DNA from: Octopus vulgaris
Taxonomy: Eukaryota
Direction: 5' to 3'
Assembly: GCA_951406725.2 (NCBI GenBank)
Contig: OX597832.1
Span: forward strand, 53,568,001-53,632,000
DNA: 64,000 nucleotides
Below, in pieces: positions 39,439 to 55,161 of this stretch. The notes beneath the pieces were generated by a model. It was not told the DNA's origin. It worked only from the letters and a program-made list of their open reading frames with translations, and made no database searches. Position 1 is the first letter of the stretch, and each line of letters starts with the position of its first letter. A program made the translations under genes and the position numbers.

Positions 39439-40278
39439 TCTTTTACTTGTTTCAGTCATTTGACTGTGACCATTCTGGAGCACTGCCTTTGTGGTCTTGA
39501 GATTTCTACTGCTCTTTCTAGCACAGCGCTTTCCTATTTGGAAGTCTCTTATTGTATTTCTATATGAATAATATATAGTCTAATGACTAATTCGTTTTTT
39601 GTGCTAGGCCAGTGGTAATAATAATTTATTATTACCCTATTTTATTTTATATATATATGATGTATGTGTGTGTGGTGCGGGGGGTGGCTGTGTGGTAAGT
39701 AGCTTGTTTACCAACCACATGGTTCTGAGTTCAGTCCCACTGCATGGCACCTTGGGCAAGTGTCTTCTACTATAGCCTCGGGCCAACCAAAGCCTTGTGA
39801 GTGGATTTGGTAGATGGAAACTGAAAGAAGCCCGTCGTATATATGTATATATATATATGCGTGTTTGTGTGTCTGTGTTTGTCCCCCTAGCATTGCTTGA
39901 CAACCGATGCTGGTGTGTTTATGTCCCCGTTACTTAGCGGTTCGGCAAAAGAGACCGATAGAATAAGTACTGGGCTTACAAAAGAATAAGTCCCGGGGTC
40001 GAGTTGCTCGATTAAAAGGCGGTGCTCCAGCATGGCCGCTGTCAAATGACTGAAACAAGTAAAAGAGAGTATATATATACATATATACAACGAGCTTCTT
40101 TCATTTCCCGGTCTACCAAATCCAGTCACAAGGCTTTGGTTGGCCCGAGGCTATAGTAGAAGACACTTGCCCAAGGTGCCACGCATTGTTTGTTTGATTT
40201 TCATTTTGATGTTCGCCATTTTATGTACATAGTACAAAAGATCACTGACATTTACTACTAGTTTATGATTTCTTTCAG

Positions 40279-40379
40279 GTAAAGTATATAACGTCACACC
40301 GTATATGGAGTATCATCCTGGCGGTATTGCTGAGTTAATGCGTGGTGTCGGTAAAGATGGAACCCAGCTGTTTGATGAG
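40279..40379 (+). CDS. CYB5R4: CYB5R4 coding exon 2 (b5 domain, HPGG heme ligand)
   Basis: AG/GT boundaries, phase 1 to 0; GKVYNVTPYMEYHPGGIAELMRGVGKDGTQLFDE. Confidence 0.95.
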
Positions 40380-41934
40380 GTAAAAACATTTCATTTCTTT
40401 TGTCGTTTTAAAAGATTCAAGCATTTTGGCTTCAACTCTTTAACCTTTTAGCATTTAAATTGGTCACATCTGGCCAAAATATACTCTCTCTCTCTCTCTT
40501 TTACTTGTTTCAGTCATTTGACTGCGGCCATGCTGGAGCACCGCCTTTTAATCGAGCAACTCGACCCCGGGACTTATTCTTTTGTAAGCCCAGTACTTAT
40601 TCTATCAGTCTCTTTTGCCGAAGCGCTAAGTAACGGGGTCATAAACACACCAGCATCGGTTGTCAAGCAATGCTAGGGGGACAAACACAGACACACAAAC
40701 ACACACACGCATATATATATATATATACATATATACGACGGGCTTCTTTCAGTTTCCGTCTACCAAATCAACTCACAAGGCTTTGGTCGGCCCGAGGCTA
40801 TAGTAGAAGATACTCGCCCAAGGTGCCACGCAGTGGGACTGAACCCGGAACCATGTGGTTGGTAAACAAGCTACTTACCACACAGCCACTCCTGCGCCTG
40901 TTTCTACCTGTTTTGTCTTCACACTGGCCAGATCTAGTCTCTTGTACCTGGCCTACAATATCATTCTAAAAATAAACAATCTTGTCATTGTCAGAGAACT
41001 GCATCCTTCAAAACTTCCATGCTTCCTGAGATTCGCCAACACTTACACCTGATTTTCTCCCCTCCATACACACGCAAGCGTGTGTCTGACTCATACACTG
41101 TTCACTTCCCAGACATTTGTACATTACTGCATATACTTTATATGCACTTTTGACAAGTTGTAGTGCACCTGAGCACTGTATACAATAATTTCATTATATT
41201 ATATATTATTATTAAATCTCAAAGCTTTGAGATAATGCATGATTAATTAAAGACGATGTGAATTAATTAGCATTACAGTTGACAAAGAAATCTGAATGCT
41301 TAAGGGATAAGGTCGACTTTGCCTTTCATCCTTTCAGGGTCGATAAATTAAGTACCAGTTACGCACTGGGGTCGATGTAATCGACTTAATACCTATGTCT
41401 GTCCTTGTTTTTCCCCTCTGTGTTTAGCCTCTTGTGGGTAATAAAGAAATAGGTTTAAATACCCAGGTTGTTGTGCCATGTGTCATGACATCACCTCTGC
41501 CACTATCAGACGTTGCATGGCCCAAGACAAATCCATATAGATTTGAATGGTGAATATGTCGACATTTTTCAAGCAGTAACTTCAAGCCAAGTAACTTCAA
41601 GCCATTATCCTCCACTAAGTTCTTAAAAAAAAAATGGACATTTACCCTTTAGCATTCAAACCGGCCATATCCGGCCCAAATATTCTACTTGTTTTATGCC
41701 CAAATTGGCCAGATCCAACCTTTCATACCTATCCCACAATGTGATTCTGGAAAACAAGCAATCACATTATTGAAATCTTGAAGCTATGAGACAATGCATG
41801 GTTGATTCAAAACAATGTGAATAAATAAGCATTAGATTTGACAAAATTATCTGAATGCTAAAAGGTTTAATTCATTTTGTTGTATCTGAGAAAAGTGTAA
41901 GTTCTTTGTTTCATCTGTGATTCTATTTATTTAG

Positions 41935-42013
41935 ATCCATCGTTGGGTTAATGTCAATTCTATGCTTGAGAAGTGTTATATCGGACAATTGAAGAGTGAA
42001 CAGTTCTTTGAAA
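41935..42013 (+). CDS. CYB5R4: CYB5R4 coding exon 3 (second heme His)
   Basis: IHRWVNVNSMLEKCYIGQLKSEQFFE; phase 0 to 1; GTAAGT donor. Confidence 0.93.
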
Positions 42014-42179
42014 GTAAGTGTTGTTTTATGCATTTCTTGGGGTACATAATTTTAGGTGGGTAGGGAGCAGAATAAAGTACCAGTCAAATATTATTATTAT
42101 TATTAGTAGTAGTAGTAGTAGTATATTATTATTATTATTATTAGTAGTAGTAGTAGTAGTAGTAGTATATTATTATTAT

Positions 42180-42211
<32 letters not shown>

Positions 42212-43349
42212 TTATTGTTATTATTGTTGTTGTTGTTGAGTGAGAGAGCAGTGCATGCCATCAAAGTGACACTGGGGTAGAATATACGACGCCCAGTATA
42301 CCCATCACGACTACCCATCTGATAGGGGTACACCAGGCACATGCACCACAACCGTGTATATGCAACACGGTGATCTCATATCAAAATAAACAGTGCATGA
42401 CCTTGCAGGTGGGGGCCCAATTAGAATTTACTTCAGGTTGAGTAACCCATCTCACTCAAAAAGTCCCTGAATAAGGGTTGTTTAAGGATGTTGAACAAAA
42501 CACCAATGTTTCCATAGTTGAATTATCCAAACTCCAAAGAATTCCTCTCAACACATGGCTATGAAACTCCCCCATTACTTCTGCTTGTGATCAGAGATGC
42601 ACATATTGTCAGCCAATAAGGGACATGCTCAACTGGTTATGGTCAAACAACTGAGAAGCAAATCTGTGGTATTGAGCAGAATATTTGCTGTAGCCCATCT
42701 TTTATACCAAGACAAAACAATGTACATGATAACACTTCCATTCAGTTAAGGTTAGAAGCCATGAGAGCCACTGCCTGGTACTGCATCAGGGCATTTATTA
42801 TTATTTTTGTTACTATTATTAGTATTATTGAGGTTAAGATGGCGAGCTGGCAGAATTATTAGTACACCAAGCAAAATGCTTAGCGGTATTTCACCTGTCT
42901 TTACATTCTGAGTTCAAATTCCGCCTTGGTCGACTTTGCCTTTCATTCTTTCAGGGTCAATAAATTAAGTACCAGTTGCATACTGGGGTCAATCTAACTG
43001 ACTGGCCCCTTCTTCCAAATTTCAGGCCTTGTGCCTATAGTAGAAAGGATTATTATTATTAAAGTTAAGGTGGCAAGTTGGCAGAATCATTAGCATGCTG
43101 GATTAAATGCTTAACTGCAGTTTGCCCGTCTTTATGTTCTGAGTTCAAATTCTGCCAAGGTCGAATTTGCCTTTCATCCTTTTGGCTCAGTTTCTATGGC
43201 TTGATGCCCTTCCTAATGTCAACCACTCTACATAATATACTGGGTGTCTTTTCTGTACCATCAACATGGGTGCCATGCAGTTCTTACGATTATAATGAAT
43301 AAACATGTCGTCACACAAGTTATATGTTTCTCTTATTTCCATTTTGCAG

Positions 43350-43400
43350 AGAAAAATTTCAGTTCAAGACTAAACTTTCCCACTCCTGTGTTACCTCCAG
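43350..43400 (+). CDS. CYB5R4: CYB5R4 coding exon 4 (linker)
   Basis: ttttgcAG acceptor, GTAAAA donor, 51 nt, phase 1 to 1; KKNFSSRLNFPTPVLPP. Poorly conserved linker, supported by splice signals and phase. Confidence 0.7.
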
Positions 43401-44125
43401 GTAAAAAAATAATTAATTTTGGTATCAGATTTTTAAAAGTACTTTAAGAAGATCTTTCTGTTTGTTGTTGTTGTTTTGTTTTTGTTTTTTTGCATACATT
43501 TAAGAGAGTATCTGCATTGTTTCTATGTCCACTTTGCTATACTTGCATGCATCGGACAAATATTTTGTTGAGGAGAAGGTGAATTTTCTATGGCTGTATG
43601 CCCTTCCTGTTGCCAACGTGCACTTGTTTCCAAGTAAGGTAATATTTCCCCCTGGCCAGACATGTCCAAAGTGCTTCGCAGTGGGACTGAACTTAAAATC
43701 ACATGGTTGCAAAATAAACTTTTTAGCCAAACACATGTTTCATGATTAAGCTTTAAAAGCTAGTTTATATACATATGTGTGTGTATGAATATAGGGCTCC
43801 CTTTGGTCATGAATGACCATGAGATTGCACCTAGAAAGTTACCCTCTAAGGCACAAGTCCAGGCAAGGTTGTTTATGGAAGACCAGCAGTCACCCATGCA
43901 TACCAGACTCCCCTCTCCATGCCACCAGTGTTATCCAAAGGAAAGGCAAAGGCCGACACAGCTAGACACCAGTGACATTGCAACTCATTTCTACAACTGA
44001 GTAAACTGGAGCAATGTGAAATAAAGTGTCTTGCTCAAGAACACAACACACAGCCTGGTCTGTGAATTGAACTCGCTACCTCATTATTGTGAGCCTGACT
44101 CTTTAGCAACTGAGCCATGCACCTT

Positions 44126-44156
<31 letters not shown>

Positions 44157-45024
44157 GTAAACCAGCCTTTAAAGCTTGATCATGAAACCTATCCAGTAAT
44201 TATATGATTCTTTACTACCCACAAGGGGTTAAACATAGAGGGGACAAACAAGGACAGACAAACGGATTAAGTCGATTACATCAACCCCAGTGCGTAACCG
44301 GTACTTTATTTATCGACCCCGAAAGGATGAAAGGCAAAGTCGACCTCGGCAGAATTTGAACTCAGAATGTAACGGCAGACGAAATACGGTTACGCATTTC
44401 GCCCGGCGTGCTAACGTTTCTTCCAGCTCGCCGCCTTATCCAGTAATTATAATTTGGGGTCATAGGGGTTTTGTTATGTCTTGCTCAAATGTCAGCTCTT
44501 GTCAATCTATTTTTGTGAGACCTTCATCTTTTAATGTCCATCTCTTTAAAACATAGGCTGATGTTTATTATTACATTGAGGATAACAGTAGCAAGCTGGC
44601 AGAATCTTTAGCTCATTGGGCAATATGCTTAGCAGCATTTCATCTGCCTTTACATTCTGAGTTTGAACAGCGCTGGGGTTGACTTTGCCTTTCGTTCTTT
44701 CAGGGTCGTTAAAATAAGCACCAGTTGAGCCCTGGGGTCAATGTAATCAACTTACTTCCTCCCCAAACTTGCTGGCCTTGTGTCAAAATTTGAAATCATT
44801 ATTTTTTTTCTTTTACTTGTTTTAGTTGTTTGGCTGGGGCCATGCTGCAGCACTGCCTTTTAGTCAAAGAATCGACTGCTGGACTTATTCTTTGTAAGCC
44901 TGGTACTTATTCTATCAGTCTCTTCTGCTGAGCTGTTGGGTTACGGAGACGTAAACACACCAATATCAGTTGTCAGGCGATGGTGAGGGCAGTGACAAAT
45001 GCAAACACACACACACACACATAA

Positions 45025-45052
<28 letters not shown>

Positions 45053-45055
<3 letters not shown>

Positions 45056-45428
45056 CAAAATAAGAAAATGGAGGAATATATTTAAATCAATCATCAACTA
45101 CCAGATAATACCAATTCATATAATTCATTAACTAATTATATAGGAACAACCAGATCAAACATAATAATACAGAATAAAACAGTACACATCAATGAGTAAT
45201 ATAATACCATAAGTACAATATGTATAAATAGATATAAATATAAAAATATCTATTTATACATATTGTACTTATGGTATTATATTACTCATTGATGTGTACT
45301 GTTTTATTCTGTATTATTATGTTTGATCTGGTTGTTCCTATATAATTAGTTAATGAATTATATGAATTGGTATTATCTGGTAGTTGATGATTGATTTAAA
45401 TATATTCCTCCATTTTCTTATTTTGTAT
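45053..45428. repeat. Near-perfect palindrome, 183-bp arms with a 10-nt loop
   Basis: 45053-45235 is the reverse complement of 45246-45428. Confidence 0.92.
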
Positions 45429-45599
45429 TATGAATTTGAGGTAAAACATTTTACCTTCGCCCATATAATACAATAAATGAATTAATTGCATTGCAATTCT
45501 TAGCATTTATGTATTAGCATCTCTAGGTGCTTTACTGGCAGTATATTGGATATGTTATCCCATGGAGGGTTACACTCACAACCCCTATCTCACTTTGTA

Positions 45600-46394
<795 letters not shown>

Positions 46395-46650
46395 AATATT
46401 AGGGAATAAATCCAAATTTACAGGGAAAAAATCAGATTTAGGATTAAATCCAATTTTATAGTAAAATATTATATAATATTATTAGAGACAAAACCACTAT
46501 TTTGCAAAACAAACAAGGAAAGACTTAATCAATACATAAAATTTTAATAAAAAGTCAAAAAAACCGCCACTACAATTGTTTCTTGTAGTGACTTTGCTGA
46601 TGTGTGAGGTCAGAGAGATAGGCCTATATATATATATATATATATATATA

Positions 46651-48544
<1,894 letters not shown>

Positions 48545-48575
48545 CATATACATGTATATATATATATACATATAC

Positions 48576-48656
<81 letters not shown>

Positions 48657-48875
48657 TACATATATATATATACATATATACATATATATATACATATATA
48701 CATATATACATATATATATATACATATATACATATATATATACATATATACATATATACATATACATATATACATATACATATATATATATACATATATA
48801 CATATATATATATACATATATATATATACATATATACATATACATATATACATATATATATATATACATATATAC

Positions 48876-48914
<39 letters not shown>

Positions 48915-49025
48915 CATACATTATATATATATATATAAAGTTAATCCAAACAAGAAAACAAAAAGACAACAATGCAAGGATGTGGAACAAATAAAGTATT
49001 ATTGGACGCTAAGGGAAGAAGGAGG

Positions 49026-49060
49026 GTTTGACGTTTCGAGCGGAGCTCTTCATCGGAAAC
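49026..49060 (-). ncRNA. Minimal type I hammerhead motif in a (TA)n-flanked Penelope-like fragment (48938-49101)
   Basis: gttt-CCGATGA-a-gagc(tcc)gctc-GAAA-cg-TC-aaac; GUC site; palindromic ACGT; U4C variant. Confidence 0.65.
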
Positions 49061-49097
49061 ATGGGAGAAGGAAAGATCCCGAGACGGGAGGACAGAG

Positions 49098-49158
<61 letters not shown>

Positions 49159-49485
49159 CATACATACATACATAAACCAGACTTCTTTCAGTTTCCATCT
49201 ACCAAATCCATCCACAAGGTTTTGGTTGGTCTGAAGTTATAGTAGAAGGCACTTGCCCAAGGTACCACACAGTGGGACTGGACCTAGAACCACATGGTTG
49301 GGAAGCAAGCTTCTTACTACACAGCCACTCATGCGCCTATATAACAATTGTTCATTTGACTCTGCAAGATGAAAAATTATTTAGTTTATGACTGTAATAG
49401 TTTCTTTATACTGGTACATTACTAATTATCTGCTACACACTTCTATTATAATTAATTATTACAATATTTTTTTTTATTTTATCAG

Positions 49486-49522
49486 TTTTTAAAGAACCAC
49501 CTGCCACTACCAAACAACCAAG
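49486..49522 (+). CDS. CYB5R4: CYB5R4 coding exon 5 (linker)
   Basis: Strong pyrimidine tract, GTAAGT donor, 37 nt, phase 1 to 2 (needed to join the next exon); VFKEPPATTKQP. Confidence 0.8.
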
Positions 49523-50499
49523 GTAAGTCCAATAGATCTTGATTCCAACAGTTATAGTGTTAAATCCTTGATATTATAGTTGAATAAAGGCATTGAGCAG
49601 CCAGAATCCTTACTGAACCAGACAAAATACTTAACAGTCACTGAAATCAGTTTTGCCTTTCATCCTTTTGGGGGTCATTAAAATAAGTACCAGTTGAGTA
49701 TTGGGGTCGATGAAATTCACTCACTCTTCCCCTCAAAATTGCTTGTCTTATGCCAAAATTAGAGAAGTATTGTATTATTGTATTTGAATATTACAGAAAA
49801 TGAAAGTAAAAAATTGTGATTAGTTACAAACATACAGTGGAGCCTGGTGCAATCCTCTGATTTACCTGCTCCTGTCAAACCATCCAATCCATGCCAGCAT
49901 GGAAGATGGATGTTAAATGATGATGATAGCCATGGGAAAATTTGCATTAATTTCTCTTAGTCCTTCATCTTAAATTCAAGCCATTTATTCTTATATGCAG
50001 TTGCAATATATCTATAATATATGTTTCAAAGTCTTCTGCGTAGCAGCACCCATTTGATGTTCAGTTAATAGACATCATCAGCTATTCTCTGTACAATACA
50101 AATCTGTACTGATTTTATGCAGATCCATGGATGATGCCTACCCCAGAGATGAAAAACATCTAATGACAGGAAATTCTGTATTTCCCAGCATACAAGTTGA
50201 TGTAGTTTGTAGTCTAAACATTCAAACATAATCACCATCTTTCCAAATTCTACAGCATTTCACATGGAAATCTTGTCTCTCTGAAGACATCTTGGTGTAT
50301 AAGTCGACCTGCTTCTTTTGGCTGCAAATTTTTGTCTGAAGAATTTGACTTGTGTGCCAGAAAGTATGGTAATTGACTGATTATCTCAGAGATTATCTGG
50401 AAAGATGATTGGGAAGTTTTGTTTCTGTTAACGTTCTCTTAATAATCCCCTTTGCGGACTGATTTCTACTGATTTTAGGTGATAAAATAGTTTGGTATT

Positions 50500-50830
50500 C
50501 TTTGCTCACATCATCATAAGCGGAAAGTGTAACCTCTCGAAAGAGCTGTTCTTCACTCCTGCTCCAGAGCATCAGCTGCGGGGTCACTCCGAAAAGCTCT
50601 ATCTGCGACGATTTCATCTCAATCAAAGGAGAGGGGCTTTCTCCGTCCGGGTTGCGGATCCGTGGAATAAGCTGTTGGACGAGATAGTGAAGATGCCGAC
50701 GACCGCTCGGTTCAAAGTCTCTCTTGACCAGAAATGGCCTGAACTCTTTGCATGAACACCCTCCTTGCACATAACTCCATGTACCCCTACATGGCCTTGC
50801 TTTTTGCTTTTTGAGCCCAAAAATTAACTT
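50500..50830 (+). mobile_element. CR1-type LINE 3' fragment
   Basis: LRGHSEKLYLRRFHLNQRRGAFSVRVADPWNKL..F...LD is typical of the CR1 ORF2 C-terminus. Confidence 0.75.
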
Positions 50831-50906
50831 AACTTTTCTTCCAATTATATTAATGTTACTGAATCTATTTAATTTATTCATTACAATATTGTGAATCTAT
50901 TTTCAG

Positions 50907-51058
50907 TTCTGATTGGTTCCAGAGTGAAACCTCAGTTACAGTAGTTCTCTATACACATTGCACTTCTATGAAATCAGAATATGTTATTGTTGATCGTGAT
51001 GATAACGACTTACAAATTTTTACATTTATTAAACCAAAAATGTTTAAAATGCACATCA
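50907..51058 (+). CDS. CYB5R4: CYB5R4 coding exon 6 (CS/p23-like domain)
   Basis: SDWFQSETSVTVVLYT...VIVDRDDNDLQ...MHI versus human YDWFQTDSLVTIAIYT; phase 2 to 1. Confidence 0.92.
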
Positions 51059-53289
51059 GTAAGTACAATTTTTATCAATCTCATAGAAAATGAAAACTTT
51101 AGACTATTGAATTTGGTTTTGAAAATTTTATTTCATAAGTGATAATTCCTGTTTGGGGTTATGAATTTTGAGAAAGCATGCCTACATGTAGTATATATGG
51201 AAGGGTGAGTAGCAGAGAGGTGGAAACAAAGGAGTGTGTAAGGAAATAGTAGAGTGCAAGGAAGGAGCAAACAGGTGGTAATAAGACAAACCACAAGCCC
51301 AGTATATGTGAGCAGATAGGCAGAAGATCAACTTATGTGAAGGCTGGAGCTAATTTTTTCTAACTCTTTCATTCTTTCCTTATTCATCTTGACAAAGAGT
51401 TTTATGCTCAAAATATCGAAACTCCTTCCTCTTCATGACATAATAGCTTTATTGAGCACCATCCGAGCATGATCGTTGCCAGAGCAGCTGCCTGGCTTCT
51501 GTGCCGGTGGCATGTAAAAAGCTCTATTTGAGCATGATGGTTACCAGCATCGCCTTACTGACACGTGAAAAAACATTTGAGCGAGGTCGTTGCCAGTGCC
51601 GCTGGACTGGCTCCTGTGCAGGTGGCATGTAAAAAACACCATTTGAGCATTGCCATTGCCAGTACCGCCTCACTGGCCCTCGTGCCAATGGCACGTAAAA
51701 GCACCCACTACACTCTCGGAGTGGTTGGTGTTAGGAAGGGCATCCAGCTGTAGAAACTCTGCCAGATCAAGATTGGAGTCTGGTGCAGCCATCTGGTTCG
51801 CCAGACCTCAGTCAAATCGTCCAACCCATGCTAGCATGGAAAGCGGATGTTAAATGATGACAATGATGATGATCTAATTCTTTTTCTTTTTTTAAAGACA
51901 TTTTTGTTGTTCACTTCTTGTGAACTGTTCATGCAGTTTTGGTTACTTTTTCACCTGAGCTCTGAATACAACAGATTCATTATATAAGAATATATGTGTA
52001 TCTATGTGCATGTGTACGCATGCACATACGTGTGTATGTATGCACAAAACACTACATGATCCATATACTGACTATATATACTAATTTATGAATATATACA
52101 CAAACATATAAATATACACAATTATAGTAGGCGCGGGCATGGCTGTGTGGTTAGGGAGCTTGCTTCCTAGCTACATGGTTTCGGGTTCAGTCCCACTGCA
52201 TGGCACTTTGGGCAGGTGTCTTCTGCTATAACCCTGAGCCGACCGGAGCTTTGTGATTGAATTCGGTAGGTGGAAGTTACTGCCGTGTGTGTATGTGTGC
52301 GTATAGCTGCTCAGTGCCTCTCCGAAAGAGAGAGAGAGGGATAGCAACACTGTGAAAAGTGTGTGATAAGTATGTGATAAACAAGTGAAATTTGGCAACC
52401 AGGTGCACATATATGTAAACATGAACTAGTAAACGCAGACGTTTAAAATATTAATGCAGGTATGTGTATCTATTCAGAAAATTTGAATTGAATCGAATTT
52501 AACCGAAAGTTAATCCAAGGAAGATAATCTAAAAATTGTTTCTTCTCATATCTGTTTGCCCAAAACTTTGTATTATTTTATTGTAATCTTGCATGATTTT
52601 TTTTTTGTGTGTTTTAATCCAAAATGGAAATGAACACCGATGTTCCATGTAACAGACTTGATAATTGTTAAGGAGTTTCTCCCTTAACATGAAACGAATG
52701 GTTGCCTTAACCTATAAATGAAGAATTTTTATCTACCAATGCAGTGTTGAGCACTCACTGTTTGATATTAATGTGTGTGCATAGACAGTAAGGTTTGATT
52801 CAAAGGGAATTTGGCTGTTATTTCTTACATGTAAAGTAACCACTTAAAGGCTCCTTAACATTGTTTGTGTGTGTACGTGTGACTATATACAGATTGATTT
52901 GAAAGCAATGGAAGGGGTCTTTCTGGCAAAAATTAGCTTAACCCTTTAGCATTTGAGCCAGCCAAATGCAGCCAAAATGTTCTACCTGTTTCATGCTCAA
53001 ACTGACCAGATCCAACCTTTCACACTTTCTCTGCAATGTCATTCTAAGAATAAAACTATCACATCATCATAATCTCAAAGCTATGAGATAATGCAAGGTT
53101 AATACAAAACAATATGAATAAATAAGTATTACATAATAATCTAAATGTTAAATGGTTAAATTCCTAAATTATATTAAATTAATCATCTTTATTTTGTATA
53201 CATGTGTATTTATTCATAATTTACATATAATTATGGTTGAGGCAACATTTAGTGAGTATTTATTAATCTTTGCTTTATTTATATTTTAG

Positions 53290-53322
53290 ATTTAACAGAA
53301 GAAATTACATCTACTGACAAAG
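53290..53322 (+). CDS. CYB5R4: CYB5R4 coding exon 7 (CS-domain micro-exon)
   Basis: 33 nt, phase 1 to 1; NLTEEITSTDK corresponds to human GLSHEVQEDFS. Confidence 0.75.
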
Positions 53323-53542
53323 GTTTGCGAATTTTAAATTTATAGTTTTATTTTTTTGTCCTAGTTAAAATGATTAGAGGGGACACAAAGCCAATAAAAT
53401 TTAATTGGAGTAGTTTTTGGGAAATTTTTTATAAAACGTTATTGTTGGTACAGGTGTGGCTGTGCAGTAAGAAGTTTACTTCCCAACCTCACAGTTCCAG
53501 GTTCAGTCCCTCTGTGCAGCACCTTGGGCAAGTGTCCCCTGC

Positions 53543-53689
53543 TCAAGGCCTTATGTAAACAGGAGCAGAAACTGTAAGCTTTGTTTGGCAGAGAATACAT
53601 GAATCCTAAAGAACTCACTTGACTCGGGAACCTTTTTAAACTCAAGGAAGGAAGTGTTTAGCCAATGCCCACATCTTAAACATGCCCTC
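53543..53689 (+). mobile_element. Penelope-like element ORF C-terminal remnant (GIY-YIG end)
   Basis: RPYVNRSRNCKLCLAENT*ILKN...FLNSRKEVFSQCPH resembles the PY..CxLCLxE...LNxRxE...CxH terminus of PLE endonucleases. Confidence 0.6.
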
Positions 53690-53831
53690 TTACAATAAAA
53701 CAACTACATCATCTTCCTAGAACACCATCACAGACGGAGTTGGAATTTTAGATAAGTCAACAACAGCAGTATCTTAGAACACCACAAGTCCTCTTGGAGT
53801 ATCTAAATGAAAAATGGGTTTGTCGTTTCAG

Positions 53832-53945
53832 TGACAGTGATGCAGTCAGGAGCTGTTCAAATTGTTCTTAAGAAAGAAAACCCTTTAATTCATTGGCCTT
53901 CATTAGGAGAAACCCTTGAACAAAATTTCACAAAGACTCACCCAG
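53832..53945 (+). CDS. CYB5R4: CYB5R4 coding exon 8 (end of CS domain)
   Basis: VTVMQSGAVQIVLKKENPLIHWPSLGETL versus human VRVVESVGKIEIVLQKKENTSWDFLGHPL; phase 1 to 1. Confidence 0.9.
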
Positions 53946-55020
53946 GTCAGTTTGTTTTACATTGCTTTGTTTCAATTTATTATAATTCTTAATTCATCAT
54001 CATCATCATATGTCCGTTTTCCATGCTGGCATGGGCTGGACGGTTTGACCAGAGCTGCCCAGACTCCATGCCTGTTTTTGGCATGATATTGTGGCTGGAT
54101 GCCCTTCCTAATGCCAACCACTTTACAGAATTTACTGAGTGCTTTTACTCAGCTCTGGCATGGGTACATTTACATGACACAGGCACCCATGAGCCCGAAC
54201 TTTCTTGTCATTTAATGTCCGATTTTCCATGCTTGTATGTGTGTGTGTGTTACTGTTTCCTTGCCTTGCTTTCATGTGATAACTGTAAATGAGTGTCTCT
54301 GTCATGTCCTTGGTTTCCAACCTTCAATGAAAAACATGTCAGGTCATGGAGAAATATTACCTTGATTGGAAATAGGTGAGGATTTATGACAAGAAGAGCA
54401 TCCAACTGTAAAAAAAAATTCCACCTCTGCCAATTCTGTCTGACTCATGCAAGCATGGAAAAGTGGATGTTAAAACAATGATGATGATGATGATGATGAT
54501 GATTAATTATTCATATTATTTATCTTAACAGTAAATAAAAATAAAATTCTTTAAATTAACTTATAAAGGTGTGGCTGTGTGGTAAGATGCTTGCTTTCCA
54601 ACCACATGGTTCTGGGTTCAGCCCTATGGCATGGTATCTTTGGCAAGTATCTTCTACTATAGCCTCAGGTCGACTAAAGCCTTGTGAGTGCATTTGGTAG
54701 AGCAAAACTGAAAGAAGTCTATCATAGAAATATATTTGTGTGTGTGTGTGTGTGTGTGTGTCTGTCCTAACTGGTGTTGGTGTGTTTATGTTTTCATAAC
54801 TTAGCATCTCAGCAAAAGAGATCGATAGAATAAGTACCAGGCTTCAGAAAAAAGTACTGGGATCGATTCATTCAATTGAAAATTCTGCAAGGTGATGCCC
54901 CAGCATGGCCACAGACTAATGGCTGAAACAAGAAGTAAAAGATAAGGGATAAGATATTTAAAATGAAAAAATTTTTTTTTAAATTGTTTTTCACTAAAAT
55001 AATTTTTATATGTGTTTCAG

Positions 55021-55161
55021 AAACCCTTTCAAGAGATTGTATCATAGACACAGTAAAGCAATTAACACATGACACTAAATTATTCCGAATATCATTACCA
55101 GAAGGTTGTTTAATGACTGTACCAATTGGATTTCATTTACGAGTTTATCACACGATTTCAG
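55021..55161 (+). CDS. CYB5R4: CYB5R4 coding exon 9 (FAD-binding domain)
   Basis: LTHDTKLFRISLPEGCLMTVPIGFHL versus human VTHDTRLFCLMLPPSTHLQVPIGQHV; AG/GTAAGT. Confidence 0.93.

Noticed and set aside
51385-51430. Very degenerate hammerhead-like remnant (cttgacaaagag...gctcaaaatatc)
   Set aside because: Too many core substitutions to support a call.
53600-53602. In-frame TGA in the PLE remnant as selenocysteine
   Set aside because: Not at a cysteine-equivalent position, the fragment is decayed, and no SECIS was identified.
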